Shown piece by piece: positions 21,899 to 32,236 of a stretch of DNA of 64,000 nucleotides. The DNA lies in NCBI GenBank assembly GCA_015163855.1, contig JAAOIK010000009.1:5113-69112 (forward strand), written 5' to 3'. A program made the translations under genes and the position numbers. Source of the stretch: Pseudobdellovibrionaceae bacterium. GTDB taxonomy: Bacteria; Bdellovibrionota; Bdellovibrionia; Bdellovibrionales; UBA1609. A model generated the notes under the pieces. It was not told where the DNA came from. It saw only the letters and a program-made list of their open reading frames with translations, and searched no databases. The stretch's first letter is position 1. Each line of letters opens with the position of its first letter.

Positions 21899-21903
21899 AA
21901 AGC

Positions 21904-21932
21904 TTGACGAGAGTCCAAGGAATAAGTAATTT
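21904..21932 (+). promoter_or_regulatory. candidate sigma70 promoter for rpsL-rpsG
   Basis: TTGACG (21904-21909), 17-nt spacer, TAATTT (21927-21932). It lies 28 nt upstream of the rpsL ATG. Confidence 0.4.
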
Positions 21933-21959
21933 TCTTAGGTTGTTAGGAGACAAAAAAGT

Positions 21960-22334
21960 ATGCCCACGATTAACCAGTTAATAAAAAAAAGCCGCAAAAT
22001 CCAAAAGGATAAATCCAGCTCACCAGCTTTAGAAGCTTGTCCTCAAAAAAGAGGGGTTTGTACTCGAGTTTTTACTACCACTCCAAAGAAGCCAAACTCG
22101 GCTTTGCGTAAAGTGGCTCGTGTGCGCTTATCTAACGGTTTTGAAGTGAATTCTTACATTCCTGGTATTGGTCATAACTTGCAAGAACATAGTGTGATAT
22201 TAATTCGTGGTGGTCGTGTAAAAGATTTACCAGGGGTTCGTTACCATACGGTTCGAGGAGTTTTAGATACTCATGGTGTGGCCAATCGAAAAAATAGCCG
22301 TTCTAAGTACGGAGCAAAAAAACCAAAAGCTTAG
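21960..22334 (+). CDS. rpsL: 30S ribosomal protein S12
   Basis: [10 protein letters not shown]...[18 protein letters not shown]. Confidence 0.98.
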   Translation: MPTINQLIKKSRKIQKDKSSSPALEACPQKRGVCTRVFTTTPKKPNSALRKVARVRLSNGFEVNSYIPGIGHNLQEHSVILIRGGRVKDLPGVRYHTVRGVLDTHGVANRKNSRSKYGAKKPKA

Positions 22335-22364
22335 TTACAAAAGTAAAAAAGATAAAGGGAAAGT

Positions 22365-22838
22365 ATGAGTCGTCGAGCAAAAAAATATAGAAAAGATATA
22401 GTTCCTGATGTGGTTTATGGCGATTCCACAGTGTCTATGTTGATTAACAAAGTTATGTTAGATGGTCGCAAAACTGTAGCTTCTAAAATTATGTACTCGG
22501 CAATGGATCAATTAAAAGTGAAAGTAGAGGGAGAAAGCCCTTTAGATGTGGTTAAAAAAGCCATTGAAAATATAAAGCCTTTAGTGGAAGTTCGCTCTCG
22601 TCGCGTGGGTGGAGCCACATATCAAGTTCCGGTGGATGTTAGGCCGGCTCGTCGTTTAACTTTAGCTCTAAGATGGTTAACTGCATTTTCTCGAAGCCGT
22701 AATGAAAAAACTATGCCCAATCGATTAGCTGCAGAAATTTTAGACGCTTATAATGAACGAGGAGCATCTTTTAAAAAGAAAGAAGATGTTCATCGCATGG
22801 CTGAAGCCAACAGAGCCTTTGCCCATTTTAATTGGTAA
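22365..22838 (+). CDS. rpsG: 30S ribosomal protein S7
   Basis: [15 protein letters not shown]... and C-terminal [13 protein letters not shown]. Confidence 0.98.
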   Translation: MSRRAKKYRKDIVPDVVYGDSTVSMLINKVMLDGRKTVASKIMYSAMDQLKVKVEGESPLDVVKKAIENIKPLVEVRSRRVGGATYQVPVDVRPARRLTLALRWLTAFSRSRNEKTMPNRLAAEILDAYNERGASFKKKEDVHRMAEANRAFAHFNW

Positions 22839-22879
22839 CTAACTTTACTTAAACATAACTGGTTTTTTAATCTAAATAA

Positions 22880-24031
22880 ATGGAAAATTTAGTAGTACAA
22901 AAATACGGTGGTAGTTCTTTATCTAGCGTAGAAAAAATTCAAAGCATTGCAAAAAACCTTTCAGAAATTGCTAAAAAGCAATCTTTAATTGTGGTGGTTA
23001 GTGCCATGGGCAAGGCCACGGATAATTTATTAAACATGGCTTATGAAATCAGTGATAAGCCAGAAAAGCGCGAACTGGATATGCTATTAACCTCTGGTGA
23101 GCGTATTGCCATGTCTTTACTAAGTATTGCTTTAAATGAACTAGGCGTTTCTTCTGTTAGCTTTACAGGAAGTCAGGCGGGGATTTTAACTAGCAATCAA
23201 CATAATTCTGCAAGCATTGTAGAGATAAAACCCTTTCGCGTTTCTGAAGTTTTAAAGCAAAAAAAAGTAGCCATTTTAGCCGGCTTTCAAGGTGTAAACC
23301 CAACCACTAAAGAAATTACTACTTTAGGTAGAGGGGGTTCGGATACTACGGCCGTTTATTTAGCCGATCACTTTAAAGCGCCTTGTGAAATATACAAAGA
23401 TGTAGAGGGGGTTTGCTCGGCAGACCCTAACCAAGTTTCTAATGTTACTAAATATGATGAAATTACTTATGATGAGTTACTGTCTATGATTAAATGGGGA
23501 AATCCAATTTTACATAGGTACTCTATTGGTTTAGCTAAAGATAAAAAAGTTCAACTAAGTATTAAAAAATCTTTATCAAAAAATACAGGAACACAAATAG
23601 TATTAAATAAAAAAACCACAGCAAATAAGTGCTTGTCTATAGAATCGCAGGCTTTGGTTTTTAGCATTCCCTGCTCAGAGATAAAACATTATCAAACTAT
23701 CAAAGCCAATAAAAAGCTATTTACTTTGTATGATTTATTTCAAAACGATACCAGCCTTTTGATCACGGGAGAAAAAGCAGATTTACAGTGTTTAAAAAAA
23801 ACTTTAAGGAAAAGCATTAATAATTTATCCACGGTATCTTTTATTTTTTCTAATGGTGATTTTAAAGTGTATAAAAAAGAATTAATTAGTCAGTTATCCA
23901 AACAATTTCCATCTATTGTAGATTGGGTTGATGAAAGTTTATCTTTAACTGCGGTAATTCCCTTTGATTTAAAAACCAAATTTTTAAATCAGGCCTCATT
24001 GTTTTTGAAAGATTACCATTCGGCTAGATAA
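22880..24031 (+). CDS. aspartate kinase (short form with a degenerate regulatory C-terminus)
   Basis: VQKYGGSS, VVVSAMGKATD, TTLGRGGSDTTA motifs of the amino-acid kinase fold. 383 aa. Confidence 0.85.
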   Translation: MENLVVQKYGGSSLSSVEKIQSIAKNLSEIAKKQSLIVVVSAMGKATDNLLNMAYEISDKPEKRELDMLLTSGERIAMSLLSIALNELGVSSVSFTGSQAGILTSNQHNSASIVEIKPFRVSEVLKQKKVAILAGFQGVNPTTKEITTLGRGGSDTTAVYLADHFKAPCEIYKDVEGVCSADPNQVSNVTKYDEITYDELLSMIKWGNPILHRYSIGLAKDKKVQLSIKKSLSKNTGTQIVLNKKTTANKCLSIESQALVFSIPCSEIKHYQTIKANKKLFTLYDLFQNDTSLLITGEKADLQCLKKTLRKSINNLSTVSFIFSNGDFKVYKKELISQLSKQFPSIVDWVDESLSLTAVIPFDLKTKFLNQASLFLKDYHSAR

Positions 24032-24652
24032 AAATAAAATTTTCCAGTTAAAGTATTTTGCTATCCAGTGCATAGTATTTTTAGAATAAAAACTAACATG
24101 AGTTATGTCTCTGTGATAATGCCAAAGGGGAAAGTCTTGTGGTTTTTCGTACAAGCTTGTCATAACTCCTAAGTGAGCGTTTGTTTGCAGTAAATTATGA
24201 ATTCTTTGTAACTCTGTGGAGGGGTGAAAAAAGTGTTCCATAGCCTCAGTGCAAGTAATAAAGTCATATTGCTTTTTAAGGGCTGTGGGGTTGGGGTAAA
24301 ATATAGGATCATAGTGTGTGGTTGCAAAGCCCTTCTCCTCTAAGTACTTAGCTAAAACCACGCTAGGGCCACATCCATAATCCAAACCTTTAGACTGGCT
24401 AGAAAGGTGTGGAGTAAGCTTTACAAGCAGTTTATCTAAAAATTGTAAATAGCTGGCGTCTTTAATGGTATTGTTGTGCTGGTCATAGCGGTGCCTTTCC
24501 TCCTCTAAGGAAAGCCTTAGGTTTTTGTCTAAAAAAATAAGCTCGCACTGGTGGCATCGATAATAAATTCTATTATATAGTTTATTACAATACTTATTAA
24601 TGTATTGATAAAAGGGCTTTAGGTTGTGTTGATTGCAGAGTTCGCAGTGCAT
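23996..24652 (-). CDS. class I SAM-dependent methyltransferase with an N-terminal zinc-ribbon
   Basis: CELC...CHQC ribbon, then glycine-rich SAM motif GLDYGCGPS and acidic motif II region. The 3' end overlaps ask by 36 nt. Confidence 0.7.
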   Translation of the reverse strand: MHCELCNQHNLKPFYQYINKYCNKLYNRIYYRCHQCELIFLDKNLRLSLEEERHRYDQHNNTIKDASYLQFLDKLLVKLTPHLSSQSKGLDYGCGPSVVLAKYLEEKGFATTHYDPIFYPNPTALKKQYDFITCTEAMEHFFHPSTELQRIHNLLQTNAHLGVMTSLYEKPQDFPLWHYHRDITHVSFYSKNTMHWIAKYFNWKILFLSSRMVIFQKQ

Positions 24653-24942
24653 AATTATTTATTATTTAATAGCACTTTACTGGTATTACTAGTTTTTTGT
24701 CATTTGAGTTCTTTTTCTGAGCTATAAGGCAAATTTTGCCAACAGTTTTTTTAGTTTTTTACTACAAATGCTAAAATATTGAACAATTCAAAAAATTTAC
24801 TTGAACAAGTAAGTAAATAAGTTCTATTGTCTAGTCTAGTTTGAAAAATTTTCATTAGAAAATCTTGCAAAACTTACAAAAACTTGACAGACTTTATTTA
24901 AATAGCCCAACGGCTATCAAACTTAAGTAAGGAGAAGCAAGG

Positions 24943-25281
24943 ATGCTGAGAAATATATTAGTAAAAAATGGTTTGTCTCCAAGAGAGTCTGAAGTCGGCG
25001 AATTGGTAACTCAGGGCTTATCTAATAAAGAAATTGCAGACCGTTTATTTGTGACGGAAAAAACAATTAAATTTCATTTAACTAATATTTATAAAAAAAT
25101 GCAGGTTAAGTCGCGCTCTCAATTGATTGTGTGGTGCATGCCTCACTTAAAGTTTATTGATATGAAAACCAATGCTAATCAAACTGCTCCTGGCTTTGCC
25201 GCTGCAGGAGGAACAACAGAGGACACATCATCTTCTATTATTCCAGCTGGTCGTAGCACTATTTCTGACAATTCTAACTAA
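24943..25281 (+). CDS. solo LuxR/GerE-type helix-turn-helix transcriptional regulator (112 aa)
   Basis: LSPRESEVGELVTQGLSNKEIADRLFVTEKTIKFHLTNIYKKMQVKSRSQLI is a canonical GerE HTH. There is no receiver or ligand domain. The C-terminal 45 aa are low-complexity. Confidence 0.8.
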   Translation: MLRNILVKNGLSPRESEVGELVTQGLSNKEIADRLFVTEKTIKFHLTNIYKKMQVKSRSQLIVWCMPHLKFIDMKTNANQTAPGFAAAGGTTEDTSSSIIPAGRSTISDNSN

Positions 25282-25324
25282 TTTTAATACAGCAAGGATG
25301 CTGTGAAAAAATAAGTAAAAAAAA

Positions 25325-25347
25325 GCGAAGTTATCTTCGCTTTTTTT
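25325..25347 (+). terminator. intrinsic terminator after the LuxR-type gene
   Basis: GCGAAG-TTAT-CTTCGC hairpin followed by TTTTTTT. Confidence 0.6.
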
Positions 25348-26262
25348 ATGTGTATGTCGCTAATTAAGGAAGGGTCTGTGTCTATATTTCGATCTGTGGT
25401 ATTTGCTCTTATTAGTATTAGTTTTATTCACCCTATTTTTGCCACAGGTGCAAAAATACGAGTTTATGATACTCAATTACAAAAATTTATTAGTCCTTTA
25501 GATTTATTTACAGCAGTGCCTAGGCAGGGGCAGCTAGTATTGGGCGAGGAGCATTATCAAGAGGCTATTCAAAAAGCAGAGGGTGACATTGTTGCAGGAG
25601 TGCTGTCGGCTCAAGCTAGAGAAAAAAGTTTTACTATTTGTTGGGAGTTTTTAAATTACCCCGATCAAAAAATAATAAACACCACCTTTTCTCAATTTAC
25701 TCAACAGCTTATTTCTATTACCGAAGTATTTGCACAATTATTTACTCGCTCAAAACCTATGCTTAATTACCCTTATCGCCATTTATTCGAAGTGGCTCGT
25801 TCTTTTAAAGGTAAAATGGTAGGCATTAATGCTCCTCGAAAATGGAAGCAGGTTATTACAAAAAATGGCATAGCAAAATTAGATAAAAAATTGGTACCTA
25901 ATAATATGGAACTAGGAGGGCCTTTTTATAAAGAGCGTTTTATTAAAGCCATAAGCAATCATGTTTCCCCAGAGAAGGTTCCCAATTATTTTGAAGCACA
26001 AAGTTATACCGATAGTGTTATGGCAGAGTCTATACAAAAAATGTCTAACACAAAAGATTTAAAATTTGTTGTGGTAGGTTCCTTTCATTCTGATTTCAAT
26101 GATGGTTTAGTGGCACAATTAAAAAAATATAATCCAAAGCCCACAACTAGTATTAAAATCATAGATATTACAGAATTTTCTAATACAGAGAGGCAGAATT
26201 TATTTAATCCGCACCCTAAATATGGGGTTATTGCAGATTATATTTACACCGTAGATAATTAA
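25348..26262 (+). CDS. ChaN-family (haem-binding uptake / Tiki-superfamily) periplasmic protein
   Basis: Signal-like N-terminus. LVLGEEHYQ and VVVGSFHSDFNDG resemble the GExH ... GxxH pattern I recall for ChaN-like proteins. The assignment is from memory only. Confidence 0.5.
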   Translation: MCMSLIKEGSVSIFRSVVFALISISFIHPIFATGAKIRVYDTQLQKFISPLDLFTAVPRQGQLVLGEEHYQEAIQKAEGDIVAGVLSAQAREKSFTICWEFLNYPDQKIINTTFSQFTQQLISITEVFAQLFTRSKPMLNYPYRHLFEVARSFKGKMVGINAPRKWKQVITKNGIAKLDKKLVPNNMELGGPFYKERFIKAISNHVSPEKVPNYFEAQSYTDSVMAESIQKMSNTKDLKFVVVGSFHSDFNDGLVAQLKKYNPKPTTSIKIIDITEFSNTERQNLFNPHPKYGVIADYIYTVDN

Positions 26263-26312
26263 AAAACACAGTTACTTATTTTTACTTATTGTTACTTATT
26301 TTTTAAAGAGTT

Positions 26313-28628
26313 TTAGTGACCGCTATTATAAGTCAATTTGTGTTTTTTAGGGTTTTGGTAAATGCGAGCCGCTTTTACACTTAAAGTAATACTGCCAATA
26401 ATATCGTCAACACTAGCTCCACGCTGCAAAATATTTGCGGGCTTTTTAATGCCGGTTAAGAAGGGCCCCAAAACTTCTAGGCCTCCCAGGTTCTTTAATA
26501 ATTTATACGAAATATTACTGGCAGCCAAATTAGGAAACAGTAAAATATTTGCAGGTTCTTTTAAGTCAGAAAAAGAAAATATATTATTTAATATATCGGT
26601 GTTAACCGCAGTATCGCCTTGCATTTCGCCATCAATAATAAGATTGGGCTTGTTTTGTTTTACTAGTTGAGTAGCTTCTTTCATTTTTTTAGCTAAAGGA
26701 GTGTTGCCACTAAAATTAGAGTAAGAAAGCATGGCAATGCGCGGGGTAAGCCCATAGTATTTTGCTACAATAGAGGTTTGTATAGCAATTTGAGCAAGTT
26801 GTTCGCTGCTGGGTTCTATGTTCACAGTTGTGTCGGTTAAAAAAAACATTTTATCATCTAGTAATAAAATATTTAAACCCGCCACAGTTTGTTTTTCTCT
26901 ACTGCCAATAATTTGTAAAATAGGCTTTAAACAATCGGCATAATTTTGTTTAGCTCCTGATATTAAAGTGTCAAAATCTCCAGAGTGCAAAGCCATTGCA
27001 GAAAAATAATAAGGATTAGTCATTAAGCGAGTGGCCTCGGCATGGCTAATTCCTTTTCTTTGTCGAGTTTCATACAATTTTTTTATATAATTTTCAAAGT
27101 TAGGGCTGTCTTTAGGAGAAATAATCGAAACGCCATCTAAATTTTGTAAAGATTCTTCTTTTATTAAAGCTTGTATTTTATCAAAGTTGCCAATTAATGT
27201 TGGTTCACAAATTTTATCTAAGGCTAAAGTATTTAAAGCTTTTAAGATGCGCTTGCATTCCCCTTCTGCAAAAATAATTTTTATAGGTTTTTCTTTATGG
27301 ATAATATTGTGATTTTTTATACGATTAATGGCAGTGCGAATAAAACCTTGTTTTAAACCCTGTAGTTTTGTAAGGCTTTCTGTGTATTGTTCAAAGTCTG
27401 CAATATTTTTTCTAGCCACTCCAGAGTCCATAGCCGCTTTGGCTACGGCAGGGGTTACCGAGGTTAAAACTCTTTCATCAAAGGGAGTTGGTATAATGTA
27501 TTCCGGACCAAATAAAAATTTGGCGTTATTATAAGCCAAAGAAACACTGTCGGGAACATTTTGTTTGGCTAAATTACTTAAAGCATATACGGCGGCTAAT
27601 TTCATTTCTGTATTAATATGTGTAGAGTGAGTATCTAAAGCCCCTCTAAAAATAAAAGGAAAACCTAAAACATTATTAACTTGGTTGGGAAAGTCACTTC
27701 TTCCAGTGGCCACAATAATATCGGGACAAGCTTTCTTTGCTAAATCGGGTAAAATTTCTGGATCTGGGTTAGCTAAGGCAAAAACAATGGGTTTTTTCGC
27801 CATACTTTTAATTTCTTCTGCCCCTATGGCGCCGGCCACACTAAGCCCACAAAAAACATCTGCACCTTTTAAAGCTTCCTTTAGGTTGCGTGCTTTTGCA
27901 GAACAAGCCCATCGCTCTTTATAGGTGTTCATGTTCTCTTTGCGTCCTTTATAAATTACACCAGTAGAATCACAAAAAATAATATTTTCTTTTTTCACAC
28001 CCACTTTTGTAAATAGCATTGCGCAAGATAGAGCCGCTGCACCAGCTCCATTAAAAACCACTTTAATTTTTGACAATGATTTTTTTTGAATTTCACAAGC
28101 ATTGATTAAAGCTGCAGTACTAATAATAGCAGTTCCATGTTGATCATCATGAAATACAGGAATGTTCATTTGTTCTTTTAATTTTTCTTCAATTTCAAAA
28201 CACTCTGGAGCTTTTAAATCTTCTAGATTAATTCCTCCAAAGCTGGGCTCTAAAGATTTTACCGTGTTTACAAAATCATCTACAGAGTTAGACTGTACTT
28301 CTAAGTCAAAGACATCAATTCCTGCAAAGTGTTTAAACAATACGGCCTTGCCTTCCATAACCGGCTTAGAGGCTGCAGGCCCAATATTGCCTAAGCCCAA
28401 AACAGCAGTTCCATTAGTAACTACAGCTACCAAGTTGCCTTTGTTGGTATAGTTAAAAACTTCTTGAGGGTTTTTGTAAATTTCTTGGCAAGGGGCCGCC
28501 ACTCCAGGGGAGTAAGCTAAGGATAATTCGTACTTGGTATTGCAGGGCTTAGAGGCTTGAACACTCAGTTTGCCTGGCTTAGGTAATTGGTGATATTTGA
28601 GGGCTGCTTTATACAATTCTTTCGACAT
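26313..28628 (-). CDS. maeB: NADP-dependent malic enzyme (malic enzyme domain plus phosphotransacetylase-like domain)
   Basis: [21 protein letters not shown]...AYSPGVA..., [11 protein letters not shown](P) motif, C-terminal PTA-like domain. ATG 28628 is preceded by GGAAG. The ORF-track start at 28760 adds 44 unsupported residues. Confidence 0.9.
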   Translation of the reverse strand: MSKELYKAALKYHQLPKPGKLSVQASKPCNTKYELSLAYSPGVAAPCQEIYKNPQEVFNYTNKGNLVAVVTNGTAVLGLGNIGPAASKPVMEGKAVLFKHFAGIDVFDLEVQSNSVDDFVNTVKSLEPSFGGINLEDLKAPECFEIEEKLKEQMNIPVFHDDQHGTAIISTAALINACEIQKKSLSKIKVVFNGAGAAALSCAMLFTKVGVKKENIIFCDSTGVIYKGRKENMNTYKERWACSAKARNLKEALKGADVFCGLSVAGAIGAEEIKSMAKKPIVFALANPDPEILPDLAKKACPDIIVATGRSDFPNQVNNVLGFPFIFRGALDTHSTHINTEMKLAAVYALSNLAKQNVPDSVSLAYNNAKFLFGPEYIIPTPFDERVLTSVTPAVAKAAMDSGVARKNIADFEQYTESLTKLQGLKQGFIRTAINRIKNHNIIHKEKPIKIIFAEGECKRILKALNTLALDKICEPTLIGNFDKIQALIKEESLQNLDGVSIISPKDSPNFENYIKKLYETRQRKGISHAEATRLMTNPYYFSAMALHSGDFDTLISGAKQNYADCLKPILQIIGSREKQTVAGLNILLLDDKMFFLTDTTVNIEPSSEQLAQIAIQTSIVAKYYGLTPRIAMLSYSNFSGNTPLAKKMKEATQLVKQNKPNLIIDGEMQGDTAVNTDILNNIFSFSDLKEPANILLFPNLAASNISYKLLKNLGGLEVLGPFLTGIKKPANILQRGASVDDIIGSITLSVKAARIYQNPKKHKLTYNSGH

Positions 28629-28762
28629 AAACTTCCTTTCTGTCTTTGTAAAATACTGCAATATTAAGCTTTGTGCTAGTAAAATTTTATTGGCAAAAAA
28701 AATAGTCAGTACTTGAACAGATTTAGTTAGAGGTGTAAAACATAGTTGCCAAGGAGGCATTT

Positions 28763-30049
28763 ATGAAAGAAGTGGTTTTAGTAGCTGGTTTAAGAAGTCC
28801 TTTTTCTAAGGCAGGCACAGATTTTAAAGCCTTTCATGCAGCCGATATGGGGGCACAAGTGCTAAAAGAACTTTTATTACAAACTAATCTGTCTGCTGAT
28901 AAAATTGATGAAGTAATTATTGGTAATGTGGGCAACCCTTCTGACGCGGCTAATATTTCTAGAGTAGTGGCGTTAAAGGCAGGGCTTCCTCAAAGCGTTT
29001 CGGCTTACACCGTCCATAGAAATTGTGCTTCGGCTTTAGAAAGTGCCTCTACCGCTTTTGATAAAATTCGCTCGGGCTCTGCAGATATCATTATTGCTGG
29101 AGGGGTAGAAAATATGTCGCAATACCCTTTACTATTTACGCAAAGGTTTAGTAATATTTTTGGAGAGTTTGCTTTTGCCAAAAGTTTAATGAAAAAACTA
29201 AAAGCTTTAAAAAAATTAAAACTAAAAGACCTAGCACCTAGAATTTCTGTGCTAGAAGGTTTAACCGACCCCTTTGTTGGTTTAAGCATGGGGCAAACCG
29301 CAGAGGTGTTGGCTAAAGAATTTTCCATCACACGAGAAGAGCAAGACAATTTTGCGCTAAAGAGTCATCAAAATGCAGTGAAGGCAACCGAAAAATTATC
29401 TAAAGAAATTCTGCCTTTGTTTATTCCTCCTAAATTAAATAAAGTTTTAGAAAAAGATAATGGCCCAAGAGAAAGCCAAAGCATAGAAAGTTTAAAAAAA
29501 CTAAGACCTTACTTTGATAGAAAGTATGGAAGCGTGACTGTGGGTAATGCTTGTCCATTAACAGACGGTGCTGCGATGTTGCTTTTAATGAGCAAAGAAA
29601 AAGCACAAGAGTTAGGATTAAAACCTTTAGCTTATGTTCGCTCTTATGCTTATGCGGGCTGTGACCCTAGCCGCATGGGGTTAGGGCCTGTTTATGCCAC
29701 AGCCAAGTTACTAGCAAAACAAAATATCTCTTTACAAGATATAGATTTAGTAGAACTTAACGAAGCCTTTGCGGCTCAAGTTTTAGCTTGTCAAAAAGCT
29801 TTTGCAAGCGAAGAATTTTGTAAAAAAGAATTGGGTTTAAAAAAACCTATGGGAAGTATTGACCCTAGTAAATTAAATGTAAATGGAGGGGCGATTGCCA
29901 TTGGTCACCCTGTGGGGGCTACGGGTTCGCGTTTAATTTTAACTTTAGCTAAAGAAATGCAAAGACAAGAGGCTCGATGGGGATTGGCCACTTTGTGTAT
30001 AGGTGGTGGACAAGGTGGTTCTTTGTTATTAGAAAAAATAGATTTTTAA
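28763..30049 (+). CDS. fadI: acetyl-CoA C-acyltransferase (3-ketoacyl-CoA thiolase), FadI-like
   Basis: Active-site RNCASALES, NEAFAAQ, GHPVGATG, CIGGGQG. The insert KKLKALKKLKLKDL..P resembles the E. coli FadI layout. It precedes a 714-aa FadJ-like gene. Confidence 0.85.
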   Translation: MKEVVLVAGLRSPFSKAGTDFKAFHAADMGAQVLKELLLQTNLSADKIDEVIIGNVGNPSDAANISRVVALKAGLPQSVSAYTVHRNCASALESASTAFDKIRSGSADIIIAGGVENMSQYPLLFTQRFSNIFGEFAFAKSLMKKLKALKKLKLKDLAPRISVLEGLTDPFVGLSMGQTAEVLAKEFSITREEQDNFALKSHQNAVKATEKLSKEILPLFIPPKLNKVLEKDNGPRESQSIESLKKLRPYFDRKYGSVTVGNACPLTDGAAMLLLMSKEKAQELGLKPLAYVRSYAYAGCDPSRMGLGPVYATAKLLAKQNISLQDIDLVELNEAFAAQVLACQKAFASEEFCKKELGLKKPMGSIDPSKLNVNGGAIAIGHPVGATGSRLILTLAKEMQRQEARWGLATLCIGGGQGGSLLLEKIDF

Positions 30050-30065
30050 AAGAAAAGGGATAAGT

Positions 30066-32210
30066 ATGGAAAATGTAAAATTAAAAGATTTAGGAGATGT
30101 GGCGGTTATTGTTTTTGACAGCGCACAGGAGCGAGTTAATGTTTTATCCAGTTCTGTTTTAAAAGAATTTGGCGAGTTAGTAGAGCAAGTAAAAAACTCA
30201 CAAAACTTTAAAGCTTTAATTATTGGCTCACAAAAACCCAAAAGCTTTATTGTTGGTGCCGATATTAAAGAAATAAAAACAGTAACCTCCAAAGAAGATT
30301 GTGTGGAGATGCTAAATGTGGCTCACAATATTTTCAATACTTTAGAAGATTTAAAAATACCTAAAATTGCTGCTATCAATGGTCATTGTTTGGGCGGTGG
30401 TTGCGAGTTGGTTTTGGCTTGCAATTATCGAATTGCCAGTGATAATTCTACCTTGGCTTTGCCCGAGGTTAAGTTAGGTATTTTTCCAGGCTTTGGTGGC
30501 TGCATAAGGTTGCCTAAATTAGTGGGGTTACAAGGGGCCTTGTCTATGATTTTAACAGGCTCTATGTTTAATGCTAAAAAAGCATTGCGATTGGGTTTGG
30601 TAGACGAGGTGGTGCCTTTAAGTTTATTAGAAGAGTACTCTTTATCTTTAGCTAAAAAATTTATTGCTAAGAAAAAAATTATTAAACCAAAAAAACGAAA
30701 AGCACCTTTTACAAAAAAATGGATTAATATTTTCTTAGAATCTTTTTTAGGTAGAAGAATAGTCTACAAAAAAGCTAAAGAAGGGGTGTTAAAACAAACT
30801 AAAGGCTTTTATCCAGCACCTCTTGCTGCCTTAGATGTAATAAAAAGTACTTATAAAAAAACGACTCGAAAAAAAGCTTTAAAGTTAGAGGCTAAATTTT
30901 TTTCTAATGTAGTAGTGACTACTGTTAGTAAGCATTTAATTGGTTTATTTTTTTTAACAGAAAAATTAAAAAAGCAAACGGGCGTTAGCTCCTCCGAAAT
31001 AGCTCCTAAGCCAGTTGCTACAATGGCCGTATTAGGTGCTGGTACTATGGGTGGTGGCATTGCTCATTTAGCTGCTAATAAAAAGATTTTTGTACGCATT
31101 AAAGATTTAAATTATAAATCTTTAAGCTTAGCATTAAATTTTGCACAAAGTTTATGGAAAAAGGCTTTTAAAAGGCGCAAAATTACCATGTATCAAATGC
31201 GTTCCAATATGGATTTATTATCCACCACTTTAAATTATTCAGGCTTTCAAAATACCGATTTTGTTATCGAGGCTGTTGTAGAAAATATGAATATTAAAAA
31301 ATCGGTAATTACAGAAATGGCCAAGCATACTAAAGACGCTTGTATTATTGCTACCAACACTTCGTCGTTAAGCGTAACAGAAATGGCCCAAGCTCATCCA
31401 AACCCTGAAAACTTTATTGGTATGCACTTTTTTAATCCCGTACATAAAATGCCACTAGTGGAAATCATTAGGGGAGAAAAAACTAGTGATCAAACCGTGG
31501 CCACCACTTTTGCATTAGCTAAAAAAATGGGAAAGATACCAGTAGTGGTAAAAGATGGAACGGGGTTTTTAGTAAATAGATTGCTGCTTCCTTGGATGGC
31601 AGAAGCATTGTTGTTGTTTGAAGAAGGGGAGTCGGTGGAAAAAATTGACGCGGCCTTTTCTAAAAACTTTGGCATGCCCATGGGGCCACTTAGGCTTATT
31701 GATGAGGTAGGAGTAGATGTAGCCATTAAAATTTTGCACATTTTTGCCAGTAAATTTTCCGAACGAATTAAGGTGTCGTCTTTATGTGACGAGTTAGTGA
31801 AAAAAAATATTTTAGGAAAAAAAGGTTTAAAGGGATTTTATTTGTATGATCAACAATCAAAAGAGATTGGTGTAAACCCAGATATTTATCAAGAGTTAGG
31901 TATAGGTCAGCCACAAAACCTTTTAAAAAGCCAAGATATTTTAGACAGAGGATTTTTTACAATGATTAACGAAGCTTCTCGAGCACTGTTAGAGGATAAA
32001 ATTGTAGAAAATCCAGAAGATGTAGACTTGGCTATGATTATGGGCACAGGCTTTCCTCCATTTAGAGGAGGTTTGTTACACTACGCAGATAGTTTAGGTG
32101 CAGAATACATTGTTAAGCAGTTAGAAGTACTTACTAACACTGCGGGGTTTAGATTTCGCCCGTGCTCTTCTTTAAAAGCCATGGCTAAAGCGTCTAGAAA
32201 ATTTTATTAA
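30066..32210 (+). CDS. fadJ: multifunctional enoyl-CoA hydratase / 3-hydroxyacyl-CoA dehydrogenase, FadJ-like
   Basis: N-terminal crotonase fold (GADIKE, CLGGGCELVLAC). Central Rossmann motif VLGAGTMGGGIA. 714 aa. Confidence 0.88.
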   Translation: MENVKLKDLGDVAVIVFDSAQERVNVLSSSVLKEFGELVEQVKNSQNFKALIIGSQKPKSFIVGADIKEIKTVTSKEDCVEMLNVAHNIFNTLEDLKIPKIAAINGHCLGGGCELVLACNYRIASDNSTLALPEVKLGIFPGFGGCIRLPKLVGLQGALSMILTGSMFNAKKALRLGLVDEVVPLSLLEEYSLSLAKKFIAKKKIIKPKKRKAPFTKKWINIFLESFLGRRIVYKKAKEGVLKQTKGFYPAPLAALDVIKSTYKKTTRKKALKLEAKFFSNVVVTTVSKHLIGLFFLTEKLKKQTGVSSSEIAPKPVATMAVLGAGTMGGGIAHLAANKKIFVRIKDLNYKSLSLALNFAQSLWKKAFKRRKITMYQMRSNMDLLSTTLNYSGFQNTDFVIEAVVENMNIKKSVITEMAKHTKDACIIATNTSSLSVTEMAQAHPNPENFIGMHFFNPVHKMPLVEIIRGEKTSDQTVATTFALAKKMGKIPVVVKDGTGFLVNRLLLPWMAEALLLFEEGESVEKIDAAFSKNFGMPMGPLRLIDEVGVDVAIKILHIFASKFSERIKVSSLCDELVKKNILGKKGLKGFYLYDQQSKEIGVNPDIYQELGIGQPQNLLKSQDILDRGFFTMINEASRALLEDKIVENPEDVDLAMIMGTGFPPFRGGLLHYADSLGAEYIVKQLEVLTNTAGFRFRPCSSLKAMAKASRKFY

Positions 32211-32236
32211 GCAATAAGCTAAGCAGTAATTTTTTA

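Noticed and set aside
24653-24901. Small RNA or small ORF in the 290-nt spacer upstream of the LuxR-type gene
   Set aside because: It contains only weak hairpins (GGCAAA-TT-TTGCC) and short repeats (TCTAGTCTAG, TTGAACA twice). I could not align a convincing promoter or terminator pair.
26362-28452. Plus-strand ORFs inside maeB (26362-26670, 27328-27534, 27685-27924, 28162-28452), and similar ORFs inside the transketolase-like gene (4975-6518)
   Set aside because: These are shadow frames of long, confidently assigned minus-strand genes.
28629-28760. 44-codon N-terminal extension of the maeB ORF
   Set aside because: The extension is not malic-enzyme-like. ATG 28628 has an RBS and yields the canonical [14 protein letters not shown]-terminus. 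The extension would also consume the divergent promoter region shared with fadI.
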